A stretch of DNA of 64,000 nucleotides from Chlorokybus atmophyticus. Lineage: Eukaryota > Plantae > Mesostigma and Chlorokybus algae. The position numbers were made by a program, and so were the translations under genes. The stretch is from contig RHPI01002090.1 of NCBI GenBank assembly GCA_009103225.1, positions 509,863-573,862 of the forward strand, written 5' to 3'. This document shows, piece after piece, positions 1 through 10,370 of the stretch. Numbering within the stretch: the first letter of the stretch is position 1; every line of letters starts with the position of its first letter. The notes beneath the pieces are model-generated. The model made no database searches. It had not been told where the DNA came from and saw only the letters and a program-made list of their open reading frames with translations.

Positions 1-1230
1 GGCTGGAGGGCTGTGTACCGTTGCCTCATCTCCCGCTTCATTGAAATGATCATGGTGTTGATTTCGCTGAGGTACTCTTCATGTGTGTCGATGCTGGCAG
101 CTATGAGAGGGTCTCCATCCTTGCCCTTTAAGATGCACTCCACCTGCGTAGGTTACAAGCATGTCTTAGTGGCATTGAAAGCCACTATTCACTGCAGCGC
201 GTCTGCAAGCCTGTAGTTTGGGGCTACAGCATTCCTGAATTGCTAATAATTGAGTTCAAAGTGCTCACCGTAAGCAACAGGTATGCGAGGTGGTTGACTG
301 TCAGCTGCCGGCGACCAGGTGTAGTGACGGCGTAAGACCAGCATTGCACGATCATTTGTCAGATTATGGGATTGCCCCATTTATGGATGTATCTCCTCCG
401 CTCCGGGTCTGCATTGTCGGTCACCTCAAATTTCCGCCATGACTAGTCTGCGAAGTCATACCAACAGGGCATTGGTCACGATATAGATAGTTCAAGTTGA
501 GCCTGCACTAGGCTAAAATAGTGCCTGTGACTTACTTTGGAGCGCCTTGCGCATCTGGGCTTTTTGGGTCTCGGGATCCATTAGGGCATCGATGTGCCTA
601 ATTGAATCGGTTACAATAGGCGAGATGCGTACGTGTGTATGGAGGCTTAGTAAGAAGGTAGTGTTGCATAGCAGACATGGTGGTAAGGGACCCAACTCAC
701 TTGCGCTTGTTGCTGTTAGACAGTATCCACTTGTACTCCTTCTCAAGGACATGCTTGATCTTGGTGACAGTCTCGGACCAAACCTGTGTAGCTTTCTTCA
801 AGGCGACACTCCAGTGGAAGGGGCACTCCTTGGGCGTCCAGTACACCTCATAGAACTTGTCCGCATCGGCCTCGTCGTCATAGTCAAAGCCAACTACCTG
901 TCACGGGCAGGATGGTCAGTGTTACGGTGCAGTGAGGTCATGAAGCATTCACAGCACCTGACACATGACGTTACAAATAGTGTCCTCCTTAGGATAAATG
1001 TGGCTCTCTACCGAGTTGCCGTTTATGATTTCAGCGACGGCATCCCGCAAATTTTGTCCACAGAAGAACAATCCGTTACACACAGTGTCACAGTGTCACA
1101 CAGTGCTTACCTCGTTGCCAATCTTCCACTTGCTTGGGGAAGGGTTACTGACGGCCGAGGTTCCTACGTCACGGCCAAATGCGTTTGGGTTGGGGGTTTC
1201 AATCGACCCTCTGCAAGCACAATCAAGTAA
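1..1230 (-). pseudogene. Degraded multi-exon coding sequence of unknown product
   Basis: Short protein-like segments bounded by GT/AG on the minus strand (VVGFDYDDEADADKFYEVYWTPKECPFHWSVALKKATQ; TVTKIKHVLEKEYKWIL; IDALMDPETQKAQMRKALQ; VECILKGKDGDPLIAASIDTHEEYLSEINTM), some containing in-frame stops. No family recognised. Confidence 0.3.
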
Positions 1231-2619
1231 CTCATGCTGCCAGCCATGAGAATGCAACTCTCACAGTTGAGCAAGAAGAACAACGTGCACAGTGTATCCA
1301 GAACGCATGCAGTGAGTCGCTATGCCAGTTATGAAAGAAGCAAGCATCAAAGTTTGAGTAGAGCAAAAGCAGCGTGCACAGTGCATCAAGAACGCATGCA
1401 TTTTAGCTTGCCCTTGCGACTGCGGTGTCGGGTGGAGTTGTAGGCTGGGCGTTAGCGCGGGGTCTTGCTGCAATTGGTTGGCCAAGAGTGGCTTTAGCTG
1501 GTTGGCGACGGTTGCCTGGTTGAACACTGGGGGCAATGTGGACTAATGGCGCCGACCTCCACGACGAGGTGCACCTGCAGATGGACCACAAGGCATCTCT
1601 TTGCCTGATAGTCGGGTGTCGCCTACTTAGCTGATAGTGGCGCTGCCGCATCCAACGCTGCCGCCAGGTGGCCCGCCCAAATGTACGAGGCGCGAAAACG
1701 AAGATGAGGCGGTTTTGAACATCTAGTGTCCCAAACCAGAGTCGCACTTATTGTGCGTCCTTCTCCTATGGTTGATGGTACGCCTTATGCATTCGTACCA
1801 TCCATGCTTCATACAACCAAGGGTAACAATGGCTTGGGCGTAACATTAATGGTACGACAGAGGCATCTCTCGTCCAACCCCGCCATTCGCGTACTATGGC
1901 CTTGACGTACCATCCATGGTACGACAGAGGCATTGCTGAACCAGCCCTAATGTGAGTTAGCGTGCACTCACCCAAACAGCTGCATTGATGGCCGGATGAT
2001 GGCACGCAGGGGCATTAGGTTGATGGCGGCTCGAATGTCAGGCATAGTGATTTTGGGTTCAACTATGAGGCGGAAGACCAGGAGTAGGAGGCGGCGACGG
2101 CGTGGCACATCTTGCGAGAAGTTGTGGTCATAAGAGTTCAAGCAGCGAAGCCAGCTAATACCGGGCGCCACGTCATGGGTCATGGCAGGCGTCAGCAATG
2201 GGGCTGTCCAACATGCATCACCAACATTGGACAAAGCAGCAAGCAAGCCATTAAGAACCATCTTCATATTGAGATGCGTTCACAAACCTACACATGCACA
2301 TGTGTGCACGCCACCCAGCACAAACGTTAAGAGGCTGCAACAACAAGACTAAGACCATCTATTGCCATCATGTCCGCGGGTTTTATACCCGCCAGGAATA
2401 CACCTGTAACGGGAAGGTACATTAAATTACCGCAAATCGACCATAAAAGCACCAAGTCTTTTGTGGTCGAGTGGGCTGTGACAACACCTGTTTACTCTAG
2501 AAGCCACCACGTTGCTACACTTATTTGAGTGCTGCGTTTTGAGAAGCGACTCGTAGCTACTTACAAGGGCTATCTACTGAGCTTTAGAACGCCCAAATTG
2601 GTGCAGTAACCACCGAGTT

Positions 2620-4930
2620 ATGACGATTCTCGTGCAGGCCTGGAAGTCGCCAGACTCCGGACTCGAGTCCGCCCCTGGAACTTCACGCGCCTGGAACTTT
2701 CAACTTGAGTCCTCGCCTAGAGCCTTCTCGCGGCCAGTTCTATTCGGAGGGCAAGCTGACCGTCTGCCTGGATGTAAGAATATCTTCAATACTTCACACA
2801 GAGAGCTGCTTGGTGGCTCGCTTTCTGCAACAAGGAGTGGATCAGAAGCTGAAGTCCTTGCAGCCTCTTGTAGAAACCATGCAAGACCCATTGCGACTGT
2901 GGGAACAAGCACAAAGGAATGCAGAGGTACGCTCAACAGTCACATGCATTTCCTTGCAAGAGCAATTTTGTTTTTTTGACGCAGTCTATGTGATACATGT
3001 AGCGTGGCTGCAGGCCTTTATTATTCACCCATACCCCACCCCGCAGGCAAGCCGACATTGCGGAAGCAAGAGCAGATAGACAGAGCTAGGCGGCGATATG
3101 TTGTTGCCAATCTCGCTGTGCATGTTGACTGCATGCACCTCCAATGCATGCGTACCTTTGCTTGCTAGGGTGTGCGTGAGTGTGCGAAGTTGCGCGCGCG
3201 TGCCGAACGAAGTAGGCTGGGTTTGAGCACAGGAGCGCGTGGCCATTCGTTCGGCATTCAACTAATAGTGCATCAATCAGCAATGACGCAGTCCATGCAA
3301 TCATTTGCGCATCAACCAGCAATGCCGCGTGACTGTTTAAAGCCACCGCCTGATGACGGTGTGACGCAGTTGACTATTGCAATTGCAGTGTCGCAAGCAT
3401 GCAGCTAACCCACATGTGATTGGTTGACAGCACCACAGTGCACTAGGTCCTGTTGAAGCTCCTATGCAAGCCTGGATTTAATCCCATCAACTAGTCCTTC
3501 ACTCCCAGTTGCTAATGGGCGCGGCGGCAATGCGGCATTAGTTTAACATGCATGTTGGCCTGTTAAATCCCGACATGTCCATTGGGGCAGTGGCGCATGA
3601 TGTGCCAATGGCTCACGAGCTCCGTGATGAGTCTGCATTTAAGGGTGGCGGGGAGAGTGCACCCAATACCACCTTGTCAGCCCCCATGGCTTCCCTGCAG
3701 CCCACGGGCCATTGAGGTACATTGCTGTCCTTTATGCTTGTGCCTTGGTAACAATACGTCAGGCACTGCATAAGCTTATTTTTTTGTCCTTTGCAACATT
3801 GTGAGCCATCTTTTCCTGGGTCCTATATACAGCCCCCCTTGCTGCATGCACAAGTGGTCTCACCTGCCGCACCTGCTCCCCTTGCAGCCAGAGCGCATCC
3901 ACCTTCCGCGGCACCAGTTCTTCATGCAGAACCATCTCCTCCACGACCAGCACCGGTGATTGCAGGGCAACAATCTTTCTTGCCGCAACCGGCGAGACCA
4001 CAGCATAATGCAACAAACAATGTGGCTTCTACAATTACCTTACCCCACCCGCTGCAAGTTGAAGCCGGCAGTCTGCCCCAAGCTCAGGTAGTTTATCAGT
4101 CACTGTCACTCTTGCCGTCGACAGTTGGACACATTATTTAAGTGTTGTATGCGCATGCAGCAAGGGTCACCACCTGCCAGCGAGTCATTAGAGGAGCTAG
4201 CCGCAACCGGCATATGGCCATCAGTCATGCTAGGTGGCCAGCTCGCCTTATGGGACCACTTCAATGCGCCGACGGATGGTAATTGCCTCTATCATTGTGT
4301 GTTTCGCGCCAGGCCATAGCACAAAGTCGCCTAAATGATCACAAGTGCCCCAGCTTGAGCATATTTTGGGCCATGCTGAAAAGCATGGACGACGACGACA
4401 GGGGGGACGCTCTCCGCAAAATCACCGCCAAGGCTGTCGATGCAGGTGGCGAGCAGAATCTTAGACTTTTGCAGAGCCACCAATGCCGCGGGAGAGATGG
4501 CGCTATTACAAACGACCCACTGCCTGCGACCTTATTGGCTGATGTCAATTGCAACATTGACATAGCCATGGCCAAGGTGCGACAATTGTGCGGAGAAAAG
4601 ATGTGTACGTGGAGCACATGCAGATGACCATGTTTGTCAACAAGTGGGCTTGTTGATTGGCTGCGTAACCATTCAGCGCGAGCATGGGGTGGGTGCCACG
4701 GCCCGGCAGCGCAGTTTGGGTTGGAAATAAAGAAGCCCCCAACTCAGTCTTGGTGGTGGGCAACACTGCCCAGATGAGCCATAAGCACACTTTTTGCTCC
4801 TCAAGCCTGCAAGCACCAAACAATGATCGTGGCCTATGCTTGAAGTGCCACTGGAGGTAACAAACCTAATCGGAGAGTGGCGAAATGGCATTGCCAATTC
4901 CCCGCTACTACCGGATGCGATCCAGGGTGC
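2620..4930 (+). pseudogene. Disrupted gene with OTU-like cysteine protease motif, interrupted at 4930 by the DNMT-Gypsy element
   Basis: FNAPTDGNCLYHCV (about 4260-4305) matches the OTU D-G-x-C-L catalytic loop. A frameshift follows immediately. Upstream there is a Pro-rich exon-like segment (3820-4087). Confidence 0.45.
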
Positions 4931-5169
4931 TGTCGTGCCTGTCATGGTCGAGGGCAACCTTGTCTCGGACAGGCTGCGGAGGAGTGCTAGTGCTGCACGC
5001 ATGCTAGTGCCGTGCATTGCATTGGAGTCATGCAAGCAAAAGACAACCCCCCAATCGTGGGCATAGGCTTGAAGATGAGCCTACGCGGTGTTCAGTGCAG
5101 TGGACGAGCCGATGCCGCTTGCCACCTTTGTGTACAGACTGTGTCGTAGTGCACACAGTCAACAAGCCA
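4931..5169 (-). repeat. Split direct repeat A2 (3' terminal repeat of copy 1)
   Basis: Near-identical to 5822-6056, with a few substitutions and one 4-bp indel. In element sense it begins TGGCTTGTTGAC and ends GGCACGACA. Confidence 0.95.
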
Positions 5170-5819
5170 CTACGATAGGTAGTGCTGTAGACACAGTTCT
5201 TTGCATGAGCGGATAGAATGATACACTGTTAAGTGAGGTGAATGAGTGTGCAACACGTGGATACAACACCCTGACTACTGAAACAACACACCACCGACAA
5301 GCTCACAGCAATTGCAGGCACAGCGCACAAGAGCATGCACCGTGTCTCACGCAGTAAGGGAATTCTTGGCAACTGGGGCAGCGTGCTTCCAGTTCAAGTC
5401 GCTTCACAAGCTCTTTAGAAACATAGTCTTTACTTCTTAGTACTCCTAGTACTCACAGTACTCACTTACAGTGTCACCAGCCAGTCTGGTGACGTGACTT
5501 TCTACTTATACATGTCAAATCATGACGGTGCAGTGCCACGCGGGCACTAGGCCAACGGTCACATCGAGGCCTCATGCGATTTCGGAAATCTCCTAAGACT
5601 CGATATAGCACATGTGTTCTTAACAGACTTACAACTGATCAGCTACGCGCGGTCCCTACAGACAGGTCTATAAAGTAGCCCTAGCTACATGCTACATGAG
5701 TGATACAGTAGCTAGCAGTAGGCTGGGGCTCGCGCGGTCTTCATGCTGGTAGCCCGGGCGTGGGGCTGGGTGTAGGCATGCTTGAGAAGAACTGGCATGC
5801 GAGGGTAGATGGCATGACA
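5170..5819 (-). repeat. Split direct repeat B2 of copy 1
   Basis: Near-identical to 15415-16050. In element sense it begins TGTCATGCC and ends CACTACCTATCGTAG. Confidence 0.95.
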
Positions 5820-5830
5820 GCTGTCGTGCC
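5811..5830. other. Internal end-to-end junction (att-like quasi-palindrome GGCATGACA-GC-TGTCGTGCC)
   Basis: The element's two outer termini are abutted with a 2-bp GC spacer. Perfect 10-bp palindromic core GACAGCTGTC at 5816-5825. Confidence 0.9.
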
Positions 5831-6056
5831 TGCCATGGTCGAGGGCAACCTTGTCTCGGACAGGCTGCGGAGGAGTGCTAGTGCTGCACGCTAGTGACGT
5901 GCATTGCATTGGAGTCATGCAAGCAAAAGACAACCCCCCAATCGTGGGCATAGGCTTGAAGATGAGCCTACGCGGTGTTCAGTGCAGTGGACGAGCCGAT
6001 GCCGCTTGCCACCTTTGTGTACAGACTGTGTCGTAGTGCACACAGTCAACAAGCCA
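5822..6056 (-). repeat. Split direct repeat A1 of copy 1
   Basis: Directly follows the G7 polypurine tract in element sense and matches 4931-5169. Confidence 0.95.
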
Positions 6057-6067
6057 CCCCCCCTGAG
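6057..6067 (-). promoter_or_regulatory. Polypurine tract (CTCAGGGGGGG) of copy 1
   Basis: G7 run about 40 nt after the pol stop codon and abutting A1. The identical CTCAG7 occurs in copy 2 at 22581-22591. Confidence 0.8.
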
Positions 6068-6102
6068 ATTCTGGGGTAGCCCTCTGCTCCAGAACTCAGT
6101 TC

Positions 6103-9100
6103 CTACCGACTGTGTGGGGGACCGTTGATGCGGCAGTCATCGCACCAGTACTCCCACAAGGGTACTGCGTCCAGTGGAGGGTCAAGGCAGTAGCAGTGCA
6201 TGCCTTGATTACAGCCGTCGCATAACATCATCAATGGGTCGTCGTCGGCGCTGCCACACTTCTCGCATCGGGTGCTGCGCAGCGGACGCGGGTGCTGGAT
6301 CTTGGTGAAGCCAGCAATGTAGGGGAGATGACAGGGCGCACAGTTGACCATGTTGTCCTTCATGCGCTCGCCTCGTTGTCCTAACAGGTCCAGTACTCTT
6401 GTGGGGTGCACCCTCAATACCTTGTAGACAGCACGCCCGACGGAGGTATCGAGGGTGTCGCGTGTAGACGCCATACGGTAGACGAAGTCTCCTGACTCGA
6501 AGCGGCGCTCCCGCTCCTTGTAGAAACCACTGCGCACACGCTCGTAACGCAGCGTGTCGCGGTGCTGCGCGATGCGCAGGTTGTTGAAGGCCATGGGGAC
6601 TGTGTGTTCGAACAGCGCACTGCGCACTGTCAGATCATACAACATCTCGTCGGGGTTGTCGAGATTGTCCACCACTCTGTCGACCTCCTGCTGTGCGCGG
6701 AAAGGGAGCAATGGCTGCCTTCCGAACAGTAGATAGTATGGGCTGTACTCTCGCAGGGCTGCCTGCTTGGACAGCCGGTAGCCCATTGCTACCCATGGGA
6801 GGTGATCATCCCAGGTATTCTTCTCGTAGGCAAGGACGTACTTGCGCAGTGCCTTCTTGATGGTCTGCACGGTACGCTCGGCGAGGCCGTCGGCCTGCGG
6901 GTGGTCGCGTGAGGTGCGACGGTGGTCGATGAAGCATCTGTCGATAAGCTTGTCGAAGGCTCCTCTGAACTCCGTACCCTGGTCGGTGATGACTTCAGCG
7001 CAGCTGCCGAAACGTCCGAGTACATGGGAGAGGAAAGCCTGGGCTACTCCCTCACTGCTCTTGTCGGGCAGGGGCACCAGCTCCACCCACTTGGAGAAGT
7101 GCTCGATCATGACGAGGATGTAGCGGTTGCCTCGCGCTGAGGGCGCTAGGTCTCCGAGGATGTCCAGTCCCCAGCGGTAGAACAACCCGGAAATGGGCAG
7201 GGGATGCAAGGTGGCATTGCGCGTGTTGAGGCTGGCGCGAACCATGTCACATTGCTGACAGTTGCTGACGAACTCCCGCACCTGTCTGTGCACCCCATAC
7301 CACCAGTACTGGGTCCTGATCAGACTGACCGTGCGCTTAACACCGAAGTGCCCGAGCTCGGTGTGAAGGGAGGAGATGATGCCTTCACGTGCAGCTGGTG
7401 TGGGGACCTCCTGATCTGCATCTTGTATCCGTCGATACAGCCTGTCGTTGGCCCAGCGGTAACGCTGAGTGCGTTGTCGGACGCGGTCCTTCTCGCGTGC
7501 GCTCATGCCTGCTGGAAGTTGTCCAGTCTGAAGCAGTGCGAGGGATGGCTCGTCCAGCCAGATGTCTTGTCGTGTGTCAGTGGGTGCCAGCTCCTCATCA
7601 TCCACCTCAGGGTCGGCAGCGTTTGCTTCTTCTGATAAAGGATCGGTGGTGGTGATGGCGGGCTCGAGAGCGGGCATGTCCCCGTCTGCTGCTGCCTCAG
7701 CGGTCTGAGTCCTGCGTCCCGAGCGTAGCGCAGCGACAGCGAACATGGTGGCCACACCTGAAGGTGCAGCTGTAGGACCCAACTCATGTCGGGCACCTGT
7801 GGCGTCGTTGGTGCTGAGGTGGGGGTTACGGCTGAGGCCATCCGCATCCCGGTTGGCAAGGCCTGCGCGGTGTTCCACCTCGAAGTCGTACTCCTGGAGC
7901 AGCAGCGCCCATCGTGCTAACTTTCCTGTCAAGTGCTGGTTGTTCATTAGCCACTTGAGGGGTTGATGGTCAGTGACCAGTTGGAACTGCCGTCCAAACA
8001 GGAAGGGTCGGAAGAAGGAGATGGCCCACACTGCGGCGAGACACTCCCCTTCGTAGCTGCTGTAGTTGGCCTCAGCACTGTTGTTGCTGCGGCTGGCGTA
8101 CGACACTACGCGCTCCTTTTTGTTGTTGTCATGCTGTACGAGCACGGCCCCCATGCCGAGCTTGCTCCAGTCTGTGTGCAGAATGAACGACCTGGTGTAG
8201 TCAGGGCGTTGCAGAATGGGAGCTGTGGTGAGGCGGAGCTTCAGCTCCTGAAAGGCCTCCTGTTGTGCCTCCTTCCACAAGAACTCGGTGTCCTTCTTCA
8301 GTAGTTCGTTGAGAGGCCTTGCGATCTTGCCAAAGTCTTTGACAAACCGGCGGTAATAGTTGGCAAGGCCGAGAAAGGCCCGCAGCCGCGTGAGGTCTGT
8401 GGGGGCAGGGATAGCCACCAGGGTCTCCACTTTGGCCTGCTGTACGTACACACCATGGGGCACAATCATGTGTCCTAGGTAAGGTACCTTGCGGGTGAAG
8501 AAGGTGCACTTGTCAGGGTGCACCGTCATCCCGACTTCCTTCAGCCTCAGTAGCACCTCTTCGATGTGCTGGAGATGCTCCTCATTGCTGTGACTGAAGA
8601 TGAGGATGTCGTCGATGTAGCAGCGCGCGAAGTCCAACCCCTTGAGGGCTTTGTCCATGACGCGCTGGAACTTGGCCGGAGCGTTCTTCAGTCCGAAGGG
8701 CATGACCTTCCACTGGTACAGCTGCCGGTTTCCCCAGAAGGAAGTCTTGTGCTTGTCCTCCTCCTTGATGGCGATCTGGTTGTACCCTTGGCGCATATCC
8801 AGGATACTAAAGACCGTGCATTCTCCTACATCGTCAAAGATGCCTTCTGTGGTAGGCATTGGATCCCTGTCCTGCTTGGTCTTGTTGTTGAGGGGGCGAT
8901 AGTCGCCACACATGCGCCGGTCTGTCCAGTTGCCTGCTGAATCTTTCTTCAGGGGCATGACGGTCGCGGCCGCAAAGTCCGATGTGGACTCCTCGATCAG
9001 GCCTGCATCTAGCAGCGCCTTGCACCTCTGTTCCACCAAGTCTTCTTCTAGCTTGGAGAGGCGGTACTGTCTTCTGAACACCGGTTCGGTGTCCACTAGT

Positions 9101-9411
9101 TCAATGTCCATCTGGTATGCTGAGCAGATGCCCAGCTCCTTCACACTGAAGCTGAATTGGCTCCTCCACTTGTTGAGGAGAGCCTCGAGTTGCTCTCGAG
9201 TCTGGCCTGTGGCCAGCGGTTCCAATGGCGTGGGACCACGAGGTAGCGTTGGCGACCACTGGAATGTCTTCCACAGTGACTGCTGCCTGCTCCTCCATGT
9301 GGGCGGTCTCGAGGGCGGTGTGTGCTGCTTTGGTCTCTGAAAAGCGAGCAATCCACCCCCCAGCCAGGTGTTCGAGCTCCTGGAAGGACACATGGCGGTC
9401 CTGGAGAGCAA
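6103..9411 (-). CDS. pol: Pol: reverse transcriptase, RNase H, DDE integrase, C-terminal PHD finger
   Basis: RMCGDYRPLN, MPFGLKNAP, YIDD (8608-8619), LHTDWS/SYASR RNase H, HTELGH...CQQC zinc motif, WGLD/TDQG/GLAER DDE triad, C4-H-C3 PHD (6133-6267). The true reading frame starts at about 9222, after a +1 frameshift. Confidence 0.95.
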   Translation of the reverse strand: MLSRTAMCPSRSSNTWLGGGLLAFQRPKQHTPPSRPPTWRSRQQSLWKTFQWSPTLPRGPTPLEPLATGQTREQLEALLNKWRSQFSFSVKELGICSAYQMDIELVDTEPVFRRQYRLSKLEEDLVEQRCKALLDAGLIEESTSDFAAATVMPLKKDSAGNWTDRRMCGDYRPLNNKTKQDRDPMPTTEGIFDDVGECTVFSILDMRQGYNQIAIKEEDKHKTSFWGNRQLYQWKVMPFGLKNAPAKFQRVMDKALKGLDFARCYIDDILIFSHSNEEHLQHIEEVLLRLKEVGMTVHPDKCTFFTRKVPYLGHMIVPHGVYVQQAKVETLVAIPAPTDLTRLRAFLGLANYYRRFVKDFGKIARPLNELLKKDTEFLWKEAQQEAFQELKLRLTTAPILQRPDYTRSFILHTDWSKLGMGAVLVQHDNNKKERVVSYASRSNNSAEANYSSYEGECLAAVWAISFFRPFLFGRQFQLVTDHQPLKWLMNNQHLTGKLARWALLLQEYDFEVEHRAGLANRDADGLSRNPHLSTNDATGARHELGPTAAPSGVATMFAVAALRSGRRTQTAEAAADGDMPALEPAITTTDPLSEEANAADPEVDDEELAPTDTRQDIWLDEPSLALLQTGQLPAGMSAREKDRVRQRTQRYRWANDRLYRRIQDADQEVPTPAAREGIISSLHTELGHFGVKRTVSLIRTQYWWYGVHRQVREFVSNCQQCDMVRASLNTRNATLHPLPISGLFYRWGLDILGDLAPSARGNRYILVMIEHFSKWVELVPLPDKSSEGVAQAFLSHVLGRFGSCAEVITDQGTEFRGAFDKLIDRCFIDHRRTSRDHPQADGLAERTVQTIKKALRKYVLAYEKNTWDDHLPWVAMGYRLSKQAALREYSPYYLLFGRQPLLPFRAQQEVDRVVDNLDNPDEMLYDLTVRSALFEHTVPMAFNNLRIAQHRDTLRYERVRSGFYKERERRFESGDFVYRMASTRDTLDTSVGRAVYKVLRVHPTRVLDLLGQRGERMKDNMVNCAPCHLPYIAGFTKIQHPRPLRSTRCEKCGSADDDPLMMLCDGCNQGMHCYCLDPPLDAVPLWEYWCDDCRINGPPHSR

Positions 9412-9419
9412 AGCACATT

Positions 9420-10370
9420 TCCAAGTACCACACCATGCTGTTCTGATCCATGGCGCGCCCTAACAACTGACATTGTTGACTGGTTGTCAGCGTGGAGCCT
9501 GTGATGCTGCCTGGAAAGAATCCCATAGCACGCTTGCGCTCGCGGGCATTGGGTTCTTCCAGCTGTCCAGTGTTGGAGTCCAACACCATGCCGTCGCCTC
9601 CATTGCGGAACGCGTAGGAGCCTGGATAGGATACAAGCGTGGGTAGTGCGCGGCGCGGCTGACCAGGCTGGTTGCACTGGTAGAAGTGGTGGCGGTCACG
9701 GCGTGTGACCGGCTGCGCTGTGCGTCCAGGGTCCAGGATGTCATCGACGACGAGATTTCGTGGCCGATTGCTGTATAGGTACTCTGCCAGAAATAGGTCT
9801 TCCACAATGGCCAGGTTGGTCCACTTGGCGCGGACGCGGCGTGCACGAGAGCCATGACGTGCGGCGTTGATTTTGAGAGGATGCCCCAGCAAGGAGCATA
9901 CTTGCCGATAGGCCTTGGCGACGTGAAGCCGCTTGTCATCCTCGGAGTGCACATTCTCGATGATGTACCCCAAGGGCCTAGCGATCTGACTGGTCTGTAG
10001 GAGTATGATGACTTACATTAGCTCCCAGAACAGCTGTGAGCGAGGATCAGAGAGCCCTTGGCCTCTGCCTGCCCTGGAGTGCCCTTTACACTCCCATCCT
10101 GCTATCAGCAGGTCAACGTTGCCGACTGCCTGCAGGTGATCCTTGGTAATCCGGCGGATGTCCTGCGGTAGAGCCTTCTGGCTCCCTTGCAGTGCCGACA
10201 GTGGTAGCTGCTGCGGGTAGCGCTGGTGCAGCTGTCGTAAATGATGGCTCAGAGCCTCCTGTGCCTGAGGGTCAGGGTGACAGGAGAGGTACTTGGTGAC
10301 TGTTGTTCCTGTGTTGAGGACAGCCGCAAGCCCACTGCCTATGCCTCCGAACAGCTCCAGCACGGTGATG
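9420..10370 (-). pseudogene. DNMT3-like C5 cytosine methyltransferase domain within the polyprotein (one in-frame stop at 10013-10015)
   Basis: Motif I TVLELFGGIG, motif IV DLLIAGWECKGHS (Cys codon 10088-10090), motif VI IIENV (9950-9958), motif VIII ARRVRAKWTNL, motif X LLGRAMD. ORFs 10013-14527 and 9101-9973 are in the same frame. Confidence 0.88.

Noticed and set aside
4931-6056. A-B-A arrangement as an assembly artefact or chance tandem insertion
   Set aside because: The same layout with different A sequence occurs in the second family at 22592-23720, and the repeat copies differ by substitutions.
9215-9230. Programmed ribosomal frameshift between DNMT and RT
   Set aside because: No slippery heptamer, and copy 2 is in frame here, so a 1-bp insertion is simpler.
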